Positions 1 through 9,089 of a DNA stretch of 64,000 nucleotides are shown here, piece after piece; position 1 is the first letter of the stretch, and each line of letters opens with the position of its first letter. The DNA lies in contig CBDCDC010000002.1 of the NCBI GenBank assembly GCA_965215195.1, positions 2,912,001 to 2,976,000 on the forward strand, given 5' to 3'. Made by a program: the position numbers and the translations under genes. Origin of the DNA: Candidatus Latescibacterota bacterium (lineage in GTDB: Bacteria; Latescibacterota; UBA2968; UBA8231). The notes below the pieces were generated by a model. It did no database searches and was not told the origin of the DNA. It was given only the letters and a program-made list of their open reading frames with translations.

Positions 1-66
1 GCGGTACGGAGGGAGTATTAAAAACCTCGGGAAACAAATGTACCTAGACAGGAGGGCTAAACGAAG

Positions 67-2070
67 ATGGCTCGTCAAAAAAAGAAAAGTACCAAGCAGA
101 AAAAGCCCAGCGACCCTTTCTCAAAACTCACTTGGGAAGACCTGGAGGAATGGGCGGGTGCCGTCATCGTCGCCCGAGGACGCCCCTATCAGAGAAACGG
201 AGCGGTTGGGGACTTGGGACGCACCGAGGACGGGACGTTGGTAGCTTGGGTGATGGGAACGCGGCGCTATGCCACCCGAGTGCATATTACGGAGCGGAAT
301 GGTCTGGAATCCGCCTGCACCTGTCCTTATTGGGACATCTGCAAACACGCGGTGGCTGTGGTACTGGAATACTTGGAACGCCTCAAGACCGATAGTGCTA
401 TTGGCCAAATTGAGGAGGACGATCCGCGCTTGTTGGGACTAGAAGCGATAGAGGACGAGTACGACGAGTACGAGGAATTCGCCGAGGAAGAGGAGGAAGA
501 AAACGTCAAGGCGCGTTCCGGGCACTCGAAGTCCAAGAAGTCCAAGACGGCTTCCCTGCACCCGTACCTCCAAGAGCAGACCAAAGCCGAACTCGTAGCG
601 CTGGTGGTGGAACTCGCGGACGCGCACGACGAGGTGCGCCAATTACTCGCAGACCGCCGCACTTTGGCCTCGGGGCAGACGCACAAAATTCTCCAGACGA
701 TCCGCCGCGAGATCCGCGCCTTAGAAGAGCCGGTGTGGGACGAATACGAGCACAGAGACTCTGAGGCCAACATGGAGCGCCTCAAGGCGGCGCTCAAAGG
801 GTTGGTAGAAGCTGGACAAGCCGACGCGGCGTTGCAACTGGGACCGGAACTACTGGCCGCGGGCAACCAGGCACTTGAGTACGATCACGAAGGCGAGTCC
901 GACGGGGTGCTCGCCGATTGCCTCCATGTTCTTTTTCAGGCCCTCGATGCGGCTTCCTTGTCGCCGGCAGACCAGATAGAATGGGCCCTAAATATGGCGC
1001 TGGCCGACACGTACAGTCTGTGCGACGCTGGTTTGGACCACCTGTGGAAAAAACGCTACGCCAAAAGCGATTGGTCTGCAGTGAGCGACCGGCTAGCGCG
1101 GCGTCTCAAAGCTATCGGGCCTGCTGAGGGAGAGGATGACTTTTCGCATAACTTCAAGCGGAGCCAAATTGCCGACTGGCTGATTCGCGCCCTAGAAAAG
1201 GCCGGCCGCCCAGACGAGATCATCCCGCTGTGCGAGCGCGAAGCGCCGATCACCTTCAGCTATGAACGCTTGGTGGATCGCCTGATGGCCGGCCGCCGCT
1301 GGGAAGAGGCCCGGCGCTGGTGCCATCAGGGGATGGAGGCGGTTTCCTCGACCTATCCGGGCATTGCAGCGGCCTTGCGCCAGCAGCTACAGACGGTTAA
1401 CCAGCGCAGTGGCGATCCGCTCGCCGGGTTGGCCCTTCAGGCCGAGGAGTTTTTTGCCGATCCTAGCCTGAGCGGTTTCCAAGCTCTGTGCAAAGCCGCC
1501 CGCAAGGTGCGCCTCGGCAAGCCCGTCGAGGCTTGGGCGCGGCACTATTTGGAAACCGGCCGGCGACCCGGGGTTGGTCGGAAACGCAAGAGCGATCCAA
1601 AGATAGACTGGCCCCTGCCGGCCTCTGAAGTTGAGGTGCGTACTGATTCCCAACCAACTGAGGCACCTATGACCGGGATACTAATCCGGTTGGCTATTGC
1701 CGAGAACAAGCCGGATGAGGTACTCAAGTGGTACGACTATGCCAGCCGCAAAAAGGGTGGGTTGGGGGCGTATGACTTCCTCGTCGATGCCACCGAGGTG
1801 GCCGAGGCCGTCAAGTCGGCCCATCCAGATCGGGCGATAGCCATTTGGAAGGAAACTGCGGAGAGGCATATCGCCCGGGTACAGACGAGTGGGTACGAGG
1901 CATCAGTACCCTATCTGCGAAAAATGAAAAATGCGCTCACTCGAGCTGGTCGCAAGCAGGAATGGGAAGCGTATCTGGCTTCCTTGCGGGAGGAGAACAA
2001 ACGCCGTCCGCGGTGTCTGGAGGTGCTGGACCGGTTGAAAGGTGGACGCCGGCGAATTATCGACACGTAG
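67..2070 (+). CDS. SWIM zinc-finger domain protein with helical C-terminal region
   Basis: CTCPYWDICKHAVAV is the CxC..CxH SWIM motif; it follows ARGRPYQRNGAV and precedes an acidic linker; GGAGG Shine-Dalgarno upstream. Confidence 0.85.
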   Translation: MARQKKKSTKQKKPSDPFSKLTWEDLEEWAGAVIVARGRPYQRNGAVGDLGRTEDGTLVAWVMGTRRYATRVHITERNGLESACTCPYWDICKHAVAVVLEYLERLKTDSAIGQIEEDDPRLLGLEAIEDEYDEYEEFAEEEEEENVKARSGHSKSKKSKTASLHPYLQEQTKAELVALVVELADAHDEVRQLLADRRTLASGQTHKILQTIRREIRALEEPVWDEYEHRDSEANMERLKAALKGLVEAGQADAALQLGPELLAAGNQALEYDHEGESDGVLADCLHVLFQALDAASLSPADQIEWALNMALADTYSLCDAGLDHLWKKRYAKSDWSAVSDRLARRLKAIGPAEGEDDFSHNFKRSQIADWLIRALEKAGRPDEIIPLCEREAPITFSYERLVDRLMAGRRWEEARRWCHQGMEAVSSTYPGIAAALRQQLQTVNQRSGDPLAGLALQAEEFFADPSLSGFQALCKAARKVRLGKPVEAWARHYLETGRRPGVGRKRKSDPKIDWPLPASEVEVRTDSQPTEAPMTGILIRLAIAENKPDEVLKWYDYASRKKGGLGAYDFLVDATEVAEAVKSAHPDRAIAIWKETAERHIARVQTSGYEASVPYLRKMKNALTRAGRKQEWEAYLASLREENKRRPRCLEVLDRLKGGRRRIIDT

Positions 2071-2143
2071 TCCCATTGCAATTTTTAAGGATAGCGTACA
2101 GTAGCTGCGTCCGATGGACGAGACCTAACGATAGGAGGTTATT

Positions 2144-2572
2144 ATGATACTAGCCTACGCCCTGTTTTTTTTCTTACTAGATATTTTTTTGCTTTTTCTC
2201 ACCCTATCTCTCGGATGGAAAGTAGAGATACCCGCCTATTTTGCCCTGTATCCCGCCCTATTTCCCGTCCTGTATCTCGGATGGATCGAGGAAAAGAATC
2301 GCGCACGGCTGGAACAACTCGCCGATCGGCTGCGCCGGCTTTACGAGCGCGCCGGTCAGCCGGCCCTACGGGTCCGTCGTCCCAGACGACTCCACCTTGA
2401 GACGCATCAGGTCCTCCAAGAATTGGAAAAAAGCCTCAGGATTTTGGAGCGTCATCACCAAATCCGGATCCGTCGGCTGCGCTATCCCCGGCTGTTTTTC
2501 GACGACCCCAAGCCCGTCCTCGACAATCTGGATCAGCGCCTCTCGCGGCTGGAAGAGATCGACGTCAAATAA
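2144..2572 (+). CDS. Hypothetical membrane protein (2 N-terminal TM helices, helical C-terminus)
   Basis: AGGAGG SD before the ATG; two hydrophobic segments. Confidence 0.6.
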   Translation: MILAYALFFFLLDIFLLFLTLSLGWKVEIPAYFALYPALFPVLYLGWIEEKNRARLEQLADRLRRLYERAGQPALRVRRPRRLHLETHQVLQELEKSLRILERHHQIRIRRLRYPRLFFDDPKPVLDNLDQRLSRLEEIDVK

Positions 2573-2820
2573 AGGAACCGAGCCGGGCGAGTGCCGTTGT
2601 CGGTTGAGGGTCTAGGATGAATGAAAAGTGTATATGTTGTCGTCAAATTGTTGTGAAAAATGACGGTACACAGTCAAATAACTCGTATTTGATGGGATGC
2701 TTAGGGGGACTGTCGATGCGTGTCAGACGGGAGTCTGCGAAGAAACGCGGCGCGTGACGATGTTGAAGGGAGAGCCGCGCCAGCCGACCAAGAGAAAGCG
2801 ACGGTAGGGAGAATTTCTTT

Positions 2821-3366
2821 ATGACGACAAAAATTAACCAAGCGTCCCTCGCGCTTGTGCGAGGAGATATTACAAGGGAACGAGTCGATGCAATCGTCAA
2901 CGCGGCCAACGAGCGGCTCATGGGTGGTGGTGGCGTCGATGGCGCCATTCACCGCGCCGGGGGACCGGCCATCGCGGCGGAATGCAGCGCAATCCGCGCC
3001 AAGCAGGGCGGTTGTCCCACGGGTCAAGCTGTAATCACAGCGGGGGGAAACCTTCCCGCGAAGCACGTCATCCACACCGTGGGGCCGATCTGGCGAGGCG
3101 GAACCGCCGGTGAACCCGAACTCCTCGCTAGCTGTTATCGGGAGAGTTTAGGACTCGCATTGGAACACGGCATCGAGACGATTGCCTTCCCATCCATCAG
3201 TACCGGCGTGTACGGCTATCCGGTCGCGCAAGCCGCGGCCATCGCGCTCCATGCGGTAAAGCAATTCCTCGCAGCACACGATGGTCTCGATGAGGTGCGT
3301 TTCGTCCTCTTCGACGATGCGACGTACGGCGCTTATGAGAAGGCCCTTTCGGACATGAGAAGGTAA
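2821..3366 (+). CDS. ymdB: Macro domain O-acetyl-ADP-ribose deacetylase / ADP-ribosylhydrolase
   Basis: GDIT, DAIVNAAN, GGGGVDGAIH, VIHTVGP and AFPSISTGVYGYP motifs. Confidence 0.93.
   Translation: MTTKINQASLALVRGDITRERVDAIVNAANERLMGGGGVDGAIHRAGGPAIAAECSAIRAKQGGCPTGQAVITAGGNLPAKHVIHTVGPIWRGGTAGEPELLASCYRESLGLALEHGIETIAFPSISTGVYGYPVAQAAAIALHAVKQFLAAHDGLDEVRFVLFDDATYGAYEKALSDMRR
3253..3344 (+). repeat. 92-bp direct repeat, copy 1 (3' end of macro gene); copy 2 at 4206-4297
   Basis: Manual alignment, offset 953, 87/92 identical. Confidence 0.95.
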
Positions 3367-3407
3367 AGGAGGGGTACTCGTCGCCGATGCCAAAAGTTCT
3401 CTCGGAC

Positions 3408-4019
3408 CTACTGAGTGTGGGAAGTGCAGATGTGGCAGTTGCAACTGGAATCAGTGAAGTGACGGACTCCCACCACTGCACCGTCCTTGCGGTCAGCCCG
3501 CTCGAACACCAATTGGAACAGGTCGTCCTCTTGATTCTCTAAGTAGCGACGAAGCGCATATGAACATATGTCCGCGAGTTGCACCATACTCGTGAGTTGG
3601 CTATCGACGAACAGAGGAGTCTCGATGATGTTCTCTACGGCAGTCCAGCGCGTCCCCTTATGGTGGAATCCACGCATAAGATCAGTATGGCGCTTGGCCA
3701 CCGTCTGATTATTGTCGTGTATCAACAATCCGTAGTTCTTTTGACTTGTCCCTGTGACTTGTAAGTACTGTTCAAACCGTGAGACAACCTGATCGAAAGC
3801 CATTTCTCCAATGTTGTACGGAGTATGCTTCCGTGGATCGAAGTGAACCTTGTCAACACATTCTTCATCATCGAGGAAGTGCTTCTGCTTAAGTTCCGCT
3901 ATTTCCCTGTCGCATGTCTTCCAGTGCCAGACAGGAATCGACAGACCAACTAGGATGAAGTGAGAAGTGTTTCCCGGAAGGTCTGGTGTGCCGGATTCAT
4001 CCATATAGCACAGATGCAT
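3408..4019 (-). CDS. DUF3800 family protein (RNase H-like fold), probably internally deleted
   Basis: N-terminal YMDESG and C-terminal FVDSQLTSMVQLADICSYALRR motifs; lower GC than flanks. Confidence 0.85.
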   Translation of the reverse strand: MHLCYMDESGTPDLPGNTSHFILVGLSIPVWHWKTCDREIAELKQKHFLDDEECVDKVHFDPRKHTPYNIGEMAFDQVVSRFEQYLQVTGTSQKNYGLLIHDNNQTVAKRHTDLMRGFHHKGTRWTAVENIIETPLFVDSQLTSMVQLADICSYALRRYLENQEDDLFQLVFERADRKDGAVVGVRHFTDSSCNCHICTSHTQ

Positions 4020-4070
4020 AGATTTCTGTTAAGCCATTGTTTATACGGCAATTAGGTCCAAACAGTACAT

Positions 4071-4136
4071 AAAAAAGCGTCTGGGGTTCAGGCTCAAAGC
4101 CCAAAGACGAGACGCTTGGCGACTCATCCCAGACGC
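4071..4136 (-). ncRNA. Candidate DUF3800-associated structured small RNA (three-way junction ending in U6)
   Basis: 9-bp closing stem GCGUCUGGG/CCCAGACGC, two internal hairpins and UUUUUU; starts 7 nt after a -10 box. Confidence 0.65.
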
Positions 4137-4142
4137 ATATAT

Positions 4143-4171
4143 AGATTACTCTTATTATCGGGAAATGTCAA
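4143..4171 (-). promoter_or_regulatory. Sigma70 promoter TTGACA-N17-TAATCT driving the small RNA/DUF3800 unit
   Basis: Consensus -35 at 4171-4166, 17-nt spacer, -10 at 4148-4143. Confidence 0.75.
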
Positions 4172-4205
4172 CTGAAGTTTAGGAGAGAGCGGACGGAATG
4201 ACAAC

Positions 4206-4297
4206 GCAGTGAAGCAATTCCTCGCAGCGCACGAAGGTCTCGATGAGGTGCGTTTCGTCCTCTTCGACGATGCGACGTACGGTGCTTATGAGAAGGC
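4206..4297 (+). repeat. 92-bp direct repeat, copy 2 (orphan macro-gene 3' end)
   Basis: Encodes AVKQFLAAHEGLDEVRFVLFDDATYGAYEKA. Confidence 0.95.
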
Positions 4298-4301
4298 AAC
4301 G

Positions 4302-5103
4302 CTATCTCGTCGGGCGGACGTGCGGGCCATTCAGCAGTTTGCCCAGCCAAGTGTAGCGGACGAGAAATTGGTAGATCGGCAACAAAAGGCCGGTAACTGC
4401 GAGAACCACTAGGAAGTACTTTACCCTTGGAGAAAGCGGCCAATCGCGTACTGCCAATTGAGCGCCAATGACCAGCGGTACGTGCGCCACGTACAGCCAG
4501 TACGACGAATCCGATAAGTAGCGAATGGTTTTGTTTTCGCGGGAGCAGAGTTTGCGGAACAAGCCCATGTACGCAAAAATCATCATCCAAGCGTAGGTCG
4601 CCTGCAACGCCACGGCCGCGGTCCGGGCCATAGCCGGGCCGAATATCTCCTCGCGAAATCCGAATGCACCCATTGAAAATTCGAGATCGAGCGGGAAGAC
4701 TAGCTGCGCTCCAGATAGTGTCTTTTTCGGCCTTGGCCGCGTTGGCTGCAAATGCAGATGCAATGGCCCAGCCGCTGATCTAGTTCACTGCGGGAACGAT
4801 GGTCACCAGCCCGAGTAGGAACGACAGGAACACGCGGCGAAAGCGGTGGGAGAGCAATGATTTTAAGCCGCGCCCGCGCCAAAGCATGGCCGTGAAAAAG
4901 CCGCTCAACACAAAGAACACTGGCATGCGAAAGCCGTGGATCGCAGCGAAGAGCAGTCCGAAAATTCCGCTTTGCTGTGCATCCTGAACCGGCCAAGGAA
5001 ATGGGGTGAAGGACAACCCGGCGTGCAATGCGATGCCGAGCAACATGGCCGCGGCGCGCAGGGCATCGAGGTCGTAGCGGCGAGGGTACGAGCCTCTATT
5101 CAT
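4302..5103 (-). pseudogene. Acyltransferase family 3 (OpgC/MdoC-like) pseudogene
   Basis: N-terminal RRYDLDALRAAAMLLG..H..RMPVFFVLSGFF ends at TAG (4780); C-terminal YLSDSSYWLYVAHVP lies in a separate ORF; the middle appears missing. Confidence 0.8.
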
Positions 5104-6361
5104 GCTTGATCGGCTCCGCCCTTCTCAACGTCCCTCCATCCCGCACGGCCTCGTAAATCTGGGCGAACTCGCGGCTGCCGTCGTCTTCGACCGGGAGGCA
5201 TTCGGACCCGCTTTCGCAGATGGGCATGGCGTCGCCGGGATACTCGCTGTGGAGGGCCTGCTTGGAGCAGCCATAGTAGGTGACTTCGCCGTTGGCGCGG
5301 GCGTAGCGATAGACGTGGCGGGGCGGCTCGACCCAACTGTAATCCACCCGATATTGCTCTATGGCCTGAAGGTCGATCTCGACGCCGAGGCCGGGCTGTT
5401 CCGGGACTCGGTAATAGCCGCCGCGTAGCTGGATCGGGTCGGCCAACAGTTGGCTTTCCCAGATGTTCATGCAGGTAATGGCCGGCCACTTGCTCTGGGG
5501 ACAGACCGCGCCCAAGTGGGCCGCCCACGTGGTGGTGATGCCCGTGCCGACGAGCTGGAGCCAGAAGGGCTTGTTGGCCACGTCTGCGACAGCGGATTGC
5601 TGGGCGATGCCGTGGGCCCCAGCGCAGACGACAAAGCCGTCGGCCACGTCCTCTTGCAGGGTGGTGAGAATGGGCGGCGAGCCGTAGTGCATGGCCAGCG
5701 GGCGGCGGATGTGGTTGCGGATTTGGGCGTTGCCAGCCACATCGGCTTGGGGGATTGGCGTCTCAATCATGGCCACCTGCGGGTATTGCTCCAAGGTCGC
5801 CAAAAACTCGACCGCGCTGGCGGCGTTGGCGAGCGTGCCGTTGAAGTCCAAGTCGAGCTTGAACTGCGGGGGAACGGCCTCGACGATGGCTTGGATGCAG
5901 GCGTGTAAGTCGTACCAAGTCCGCGCCTTGAGCTTGGCGGTGGTATAGCCCTCGGCGACGGCGTCAGCGCACTGGCGCGCCCAGTCTGCGGCCGGCATGT
6001 CCATCGCCCACCACGACAGCGGGCACCACGTGCGGACCTTGGTGCCCAACAGGCGATAAGCCGGGGTGCCGAGGACTTTTCCAACCGCGTCGAAGAGTGC
6101 CTGCTGGACCCCAGCGCCCAGCGCATCTTGCCACAGCAGATCGCCGACCGCGCGGCCGACGATGCGGTCTTCGATGTCTTCAGGGACTTTGGCCCACGTG
6201 TAATTGGGGATGGTTTCGCCCCAGCCTGTGGTGCCGTCGGCGAGGGTGATTTTGCAGAGTTGGACGATGCGCCAATGCGGCAGCCAGTATTTCATGTGCT
6301 GATTGGTGTGGGCGGTAAACGGAACGTCCAAGTGGATGAGTTCGACGGATTGGACTTGCAT
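5096..6361 (-). CDS. Mandelate racemase/muconate lactonizing enzyme (enolase superfamily)
   Basis: GWGET, ALFDAVGK, KLK, LDFN, IETP and PGLGVEID motifs. Confidence 0.9.
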   Translation of the reverse strand: MQVQSVELIHLDVPFTAHTNQHMKYWLPHWRIVQLCKITLADGTTGWGETIPNYTWAKVPEDIEDRIVGRAVGDLLWQDALGAGVQQALFDAVGKVLGTPAYRLLGTKVRTWCPLSWWAMDMPAADWARQCADAVAEGYTTAKLKARTWYDLHACIQAIVEAVPPQFKLDLDFNGTLANAASAVEFLATLEQYPQVAMIETPIPQADVAGNAQIRNHIRRPLAMHYGSPPILTTLQEDVADGFVVCAGAHGIAQQSAVADVANKPFWLQLVGTGITTTWAAHLGAVCPQSKWPAITCMNIWESQLLADPIQLRGGYYRVPEQPGLGVEIDLQAIEQYRVDYSWVEPPRHVYRYARANGEVTYYGCSKQALHSEYPGDAMPICESGSECLPVEDDGSREFAQIYEAVRDGGTLRRAEPIKHE

Positions 6362-6449
6362 TGGGGGCTCCTTTTGGAAGCAGTGGAATGGGCTAGATAC
6401 GGCGGGTTTGGGTGGGTGTCAATAGGAATTAGAAGCGGTTTTACGATTC

Positions 6450-6480
6450 CTGCTGGGAGCACGGGCGTCCCGCCCGCGTC
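6450..6480. repeat. REP-like palindrome (GGGCGTCCCGCCC family)
   Basis: Same core as the palindromes at about 44070 and 52160. Confidence 0.6.
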
Positions 6481-7950
6481 GTGGCGCGTCGGGTTTTGCT
6501 CAGTTGTTTTTCGCATCGTTCACTCGGCCATAAAGCATACGATACCGGCGATGAATGGGGGCTGAACGCTAAAAGGGCCATTGAGGGCATAAAGCCAGCT
6601 TGCGCGGTACTGCGCTTCGGCGACCTCGCAAACCGCCCGCTCAACTGGCCCGACTTAATGCGCCAGTCGCCGGAAGAGTTGTCCCTGCGTCGCGAGCCAT
6701 TCAGCTTGCGGCATCACCAGCGGGATGCGTTTGACGACGTGCTACAAGGATTCGCCGAGTACGATCGCGGCAAGCTCATCATGGCATGTGGCACGGGCAA
6801 AACGTTCGCCGCGCTCCGTATAGCCGAAGCGGTCGCCGGAAGCGGCGGACGGGTGCTCTACTTGGTGCCGTCCATCTCGCTGTTCCAGCAATCCATGCGC
6901 GAATGGGCCGAGCAAAAGAAGGTCCCGCACCGCTACATCGGTATCTGTTCCGACACCCGTGCTGGACGCAACGACGAGGATGCCTCGCTACAGGAACTCG
7001 AGATTCCGGTTACCACCGATCCGGCGGCGATCACAGATGCCTTGCAGGATGTGCCGCCGGACGCGCTGACAGTCGTGTTCTGCACCTATCACTCGCTGGG
7101 CCTTGTCGAGCAGGCGCAAGACGCTGGCGCACCGCACTTTGATCTCGTGCTCTGCGACGAAGCGCACCGCACCACAGGCATTGAGCGTCCCGGCGACAAC
7201 ACCTCGCCGTTTGTGCTGGTGCATGACGCAGAGCGAATCCGCGCCGATAAGCGCCTATACATGACTGCCACGCCGCGTCTCTATACCGAAGGGGCGAAAA
7301 GCAAAGCGGCGCGACACGACATCGAAGTGTTTTCCATGGACGACGCGGCGGTCTATGGTCCCGAGTTCCATCGCTTGCCGTTTTCGCGGACCGTAGAGCA
7401 GGACTTGCTGTCGGACTACAAGATCGTGGTCCTCGCTATCTCCGAGAGCCAAGTCGATGCGGTATTGCAAGCACATTTGGCGGCGGAAGATAGCGAAATA
7501 AACCTCGGCGATGCGGCGAAAATAGTCGGCTGCTGGCGTGCGTTGCAAAACCCGGAAAACCGCAAGCCGAGTGACGGGCTTTTTAGCGGCTATGGCAGCG
7601 GCGAGCCGCAGCAGGAGCACTACCAAATCGGTACGCGCAAGATGCGGTTTGCCGACGAGGCCAAGACCACGATCATCGTCAACGATCACATGCGCCTTGC
7701 GGGTATTCCAGCAACGGCGCACGAATACGTGGTGAATGGACGTACGCCGCTGGAGTGGTTCATCGACCGCTACCGGATCACCCAAGGTAAGGAGAGCGGC
7801 ATCGTCAACGATCCCAACGGCTGGTTCGATGACCCACGTGATCTGGTCACCGCGTTCCGCCGAATTGTGCATTTGAGCGTGGAGACGGTGCGGATTGTCA
7901 ATGAGTTGCCCGAACCGTTTCAAGCCGAATCGGACGAATCGCTAGGGTGA
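6481..7950 (+). pseudogene. Type ISP (LlaGI/LlaBIII-like) restriction-modification remnant: SF2 helicase N-part fused to the C-terminal domain
   Basis: MACGTGKT, DEAHRT and MTATP motifs, followed directly by YVVNGRTPLEW..KESGIVNDPN; helicase-C and MTase domains absent; no credible start. Confidence 0.85.
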
Positions 7951-8003
7951 ATGAGCCGCTTCGCAGGGCTATCGGGGACCTTTGGCGTTAGCGATATTCA
8001 CGC

Positions 8004-8456
8004 TCATGGGTTCTGTGAGCCGCGCGAGGGATCGGATCCTGAATTTTGAGAAGGCTGCCCAATCTCTTCATTAGATTTGTAAAAGTACCGAGCGACAACT
8101 AAGAAGAGGCCCAAAACATTGATCGTTGTCCCAGTGAGTATCGTGATCAATACTTGATCAGGCAAAGAAAAGGAGATTAAAAAATAATCCTTGGAAAGAA
8201 ATGGTACGTCGAGAGTAACTCCTTGGCATATAATGAGTATCCCGATTCCTATCAAACACCATTTTATGAGAAGATACAGTTTATTAGCATATTCTCTCCT
8301 AGCATTTATATCTTGCCTAAAATTAAGAAGTTTGAGTTTCTCACGTTCCTTATTAATAGACTTAATATGTTCTTCTAAAGTATGTTCATCATCCCCTTCA
8401 GAGGGCGAAGGAGGTGGAATGTCCTTGTAACCGCCCGTACTTCCTCCGGCACTCAT
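8004..8456 (-). CDS. 2-TM membrane protein, putative toxin partner of PanA
   Basis: ATGA overlap with the PanA gene; two hydrophobic helices; AT-rich. Confidence 0.6.
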   Translation of the reverse strand: MSAGGSTGGYKDIPPPSPSEGDDEHTLEEHIKSINKEREKLKLLNFRQDINARREYANKLYLLIKWCLIGIGILIICQGVTLDVPFLSKDYFLISFSLPDQVLITILTGTTINVLGLFLVVARYFYKSNEEIGQPSQNSGSDPSRGSQNP

Positions 8457-8953
8457 GAGATCTGATCCCTATAGTATTTTTTTATAATCCCATTATCAAT
8501 ATCAGCGTTTCTAATGTTCCCACTTCTATCCCGCGTTTGCTTCCACGGAGAGTCTACTTTATGAGTCAGATTAATTAATTGACCACCAGTCAGCTCTTTG
8601 TGAAGTTTCCATATATGGTTGAGAAACTCTTGAGTTTCAGTGTCGTTTCTTTTGATAGAAGGAGTCGAAGTGCTCCATTTTTCTAGGAAATCAATATAGT
8701 ATGGTTCCGTTGCCAACCTCTTGATTGGATCTGCACCAAACTCCTTAAATTCGTAATATAGCGAAGGAAAGACCGGCCCATATTCCCACGCTTCGGCATA
8801 TTCGTCATCAATAAGAGGTTCTTCATAAATAGCTAAATGCCAGCCGTGAGCAATATAGACCAATTTTTGAATCTGCAAGGGAGAAAGCTCAATGCCTTCT
8901 TTGCCGGCGAGATCTAAAAAGTAGTTAGCAACCTCTTTTGCCGAGTATCCCAT
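8453..8953 (-). CDS. Panacea-domain antitoxin (PanA/SocA/GepA, DUF4065)
   Basis: VANYFL, LQIQKLVYIAHG, EAWEYGPVFPSLY and LTH..SPW motifs. Confidence 0.9.
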   Translation of the reverse strand: MGYSAKEVANYFLDLAGKEGIELSPLQIQKLVYIAHGWHLAIYEEPLIDDEYAEAWEYGPVFPSLYYEFKEFGADPIKRLATEPYYIDFLEKWSTSTPSIKRNDTETQEFLNHIWKLHKELTGGQLINLTHKVDSPWKQTRDRSGNIRNADIDNGIIKKYYRDQIS

Positions 8954-9089
8954 GCTATTCTCCTATACGGGTGGCTATGATACTGAACAAATGAACACTA
9001 TTTATCAGTGTCAAGGCAAATTTTATCTATATAAAGCAATTATCTTGCTAGAACAAGAAAATTACTGACTTCTTACTGATCGTACTCTA

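Noticed and set aside
67-3366. SWIM protein, membrane protein and macro domain as one defence system
   Set aside because: Intergenic gaps and no coupling; the macro protein looks like ordinary YmdB; left context is outside the window.
4209-4412. 67-aa ORF resembling the macro domain C-terminus
   Set aside because: It is the duplicated gene end running into antisense pseudogene sequence; not an independent gene.
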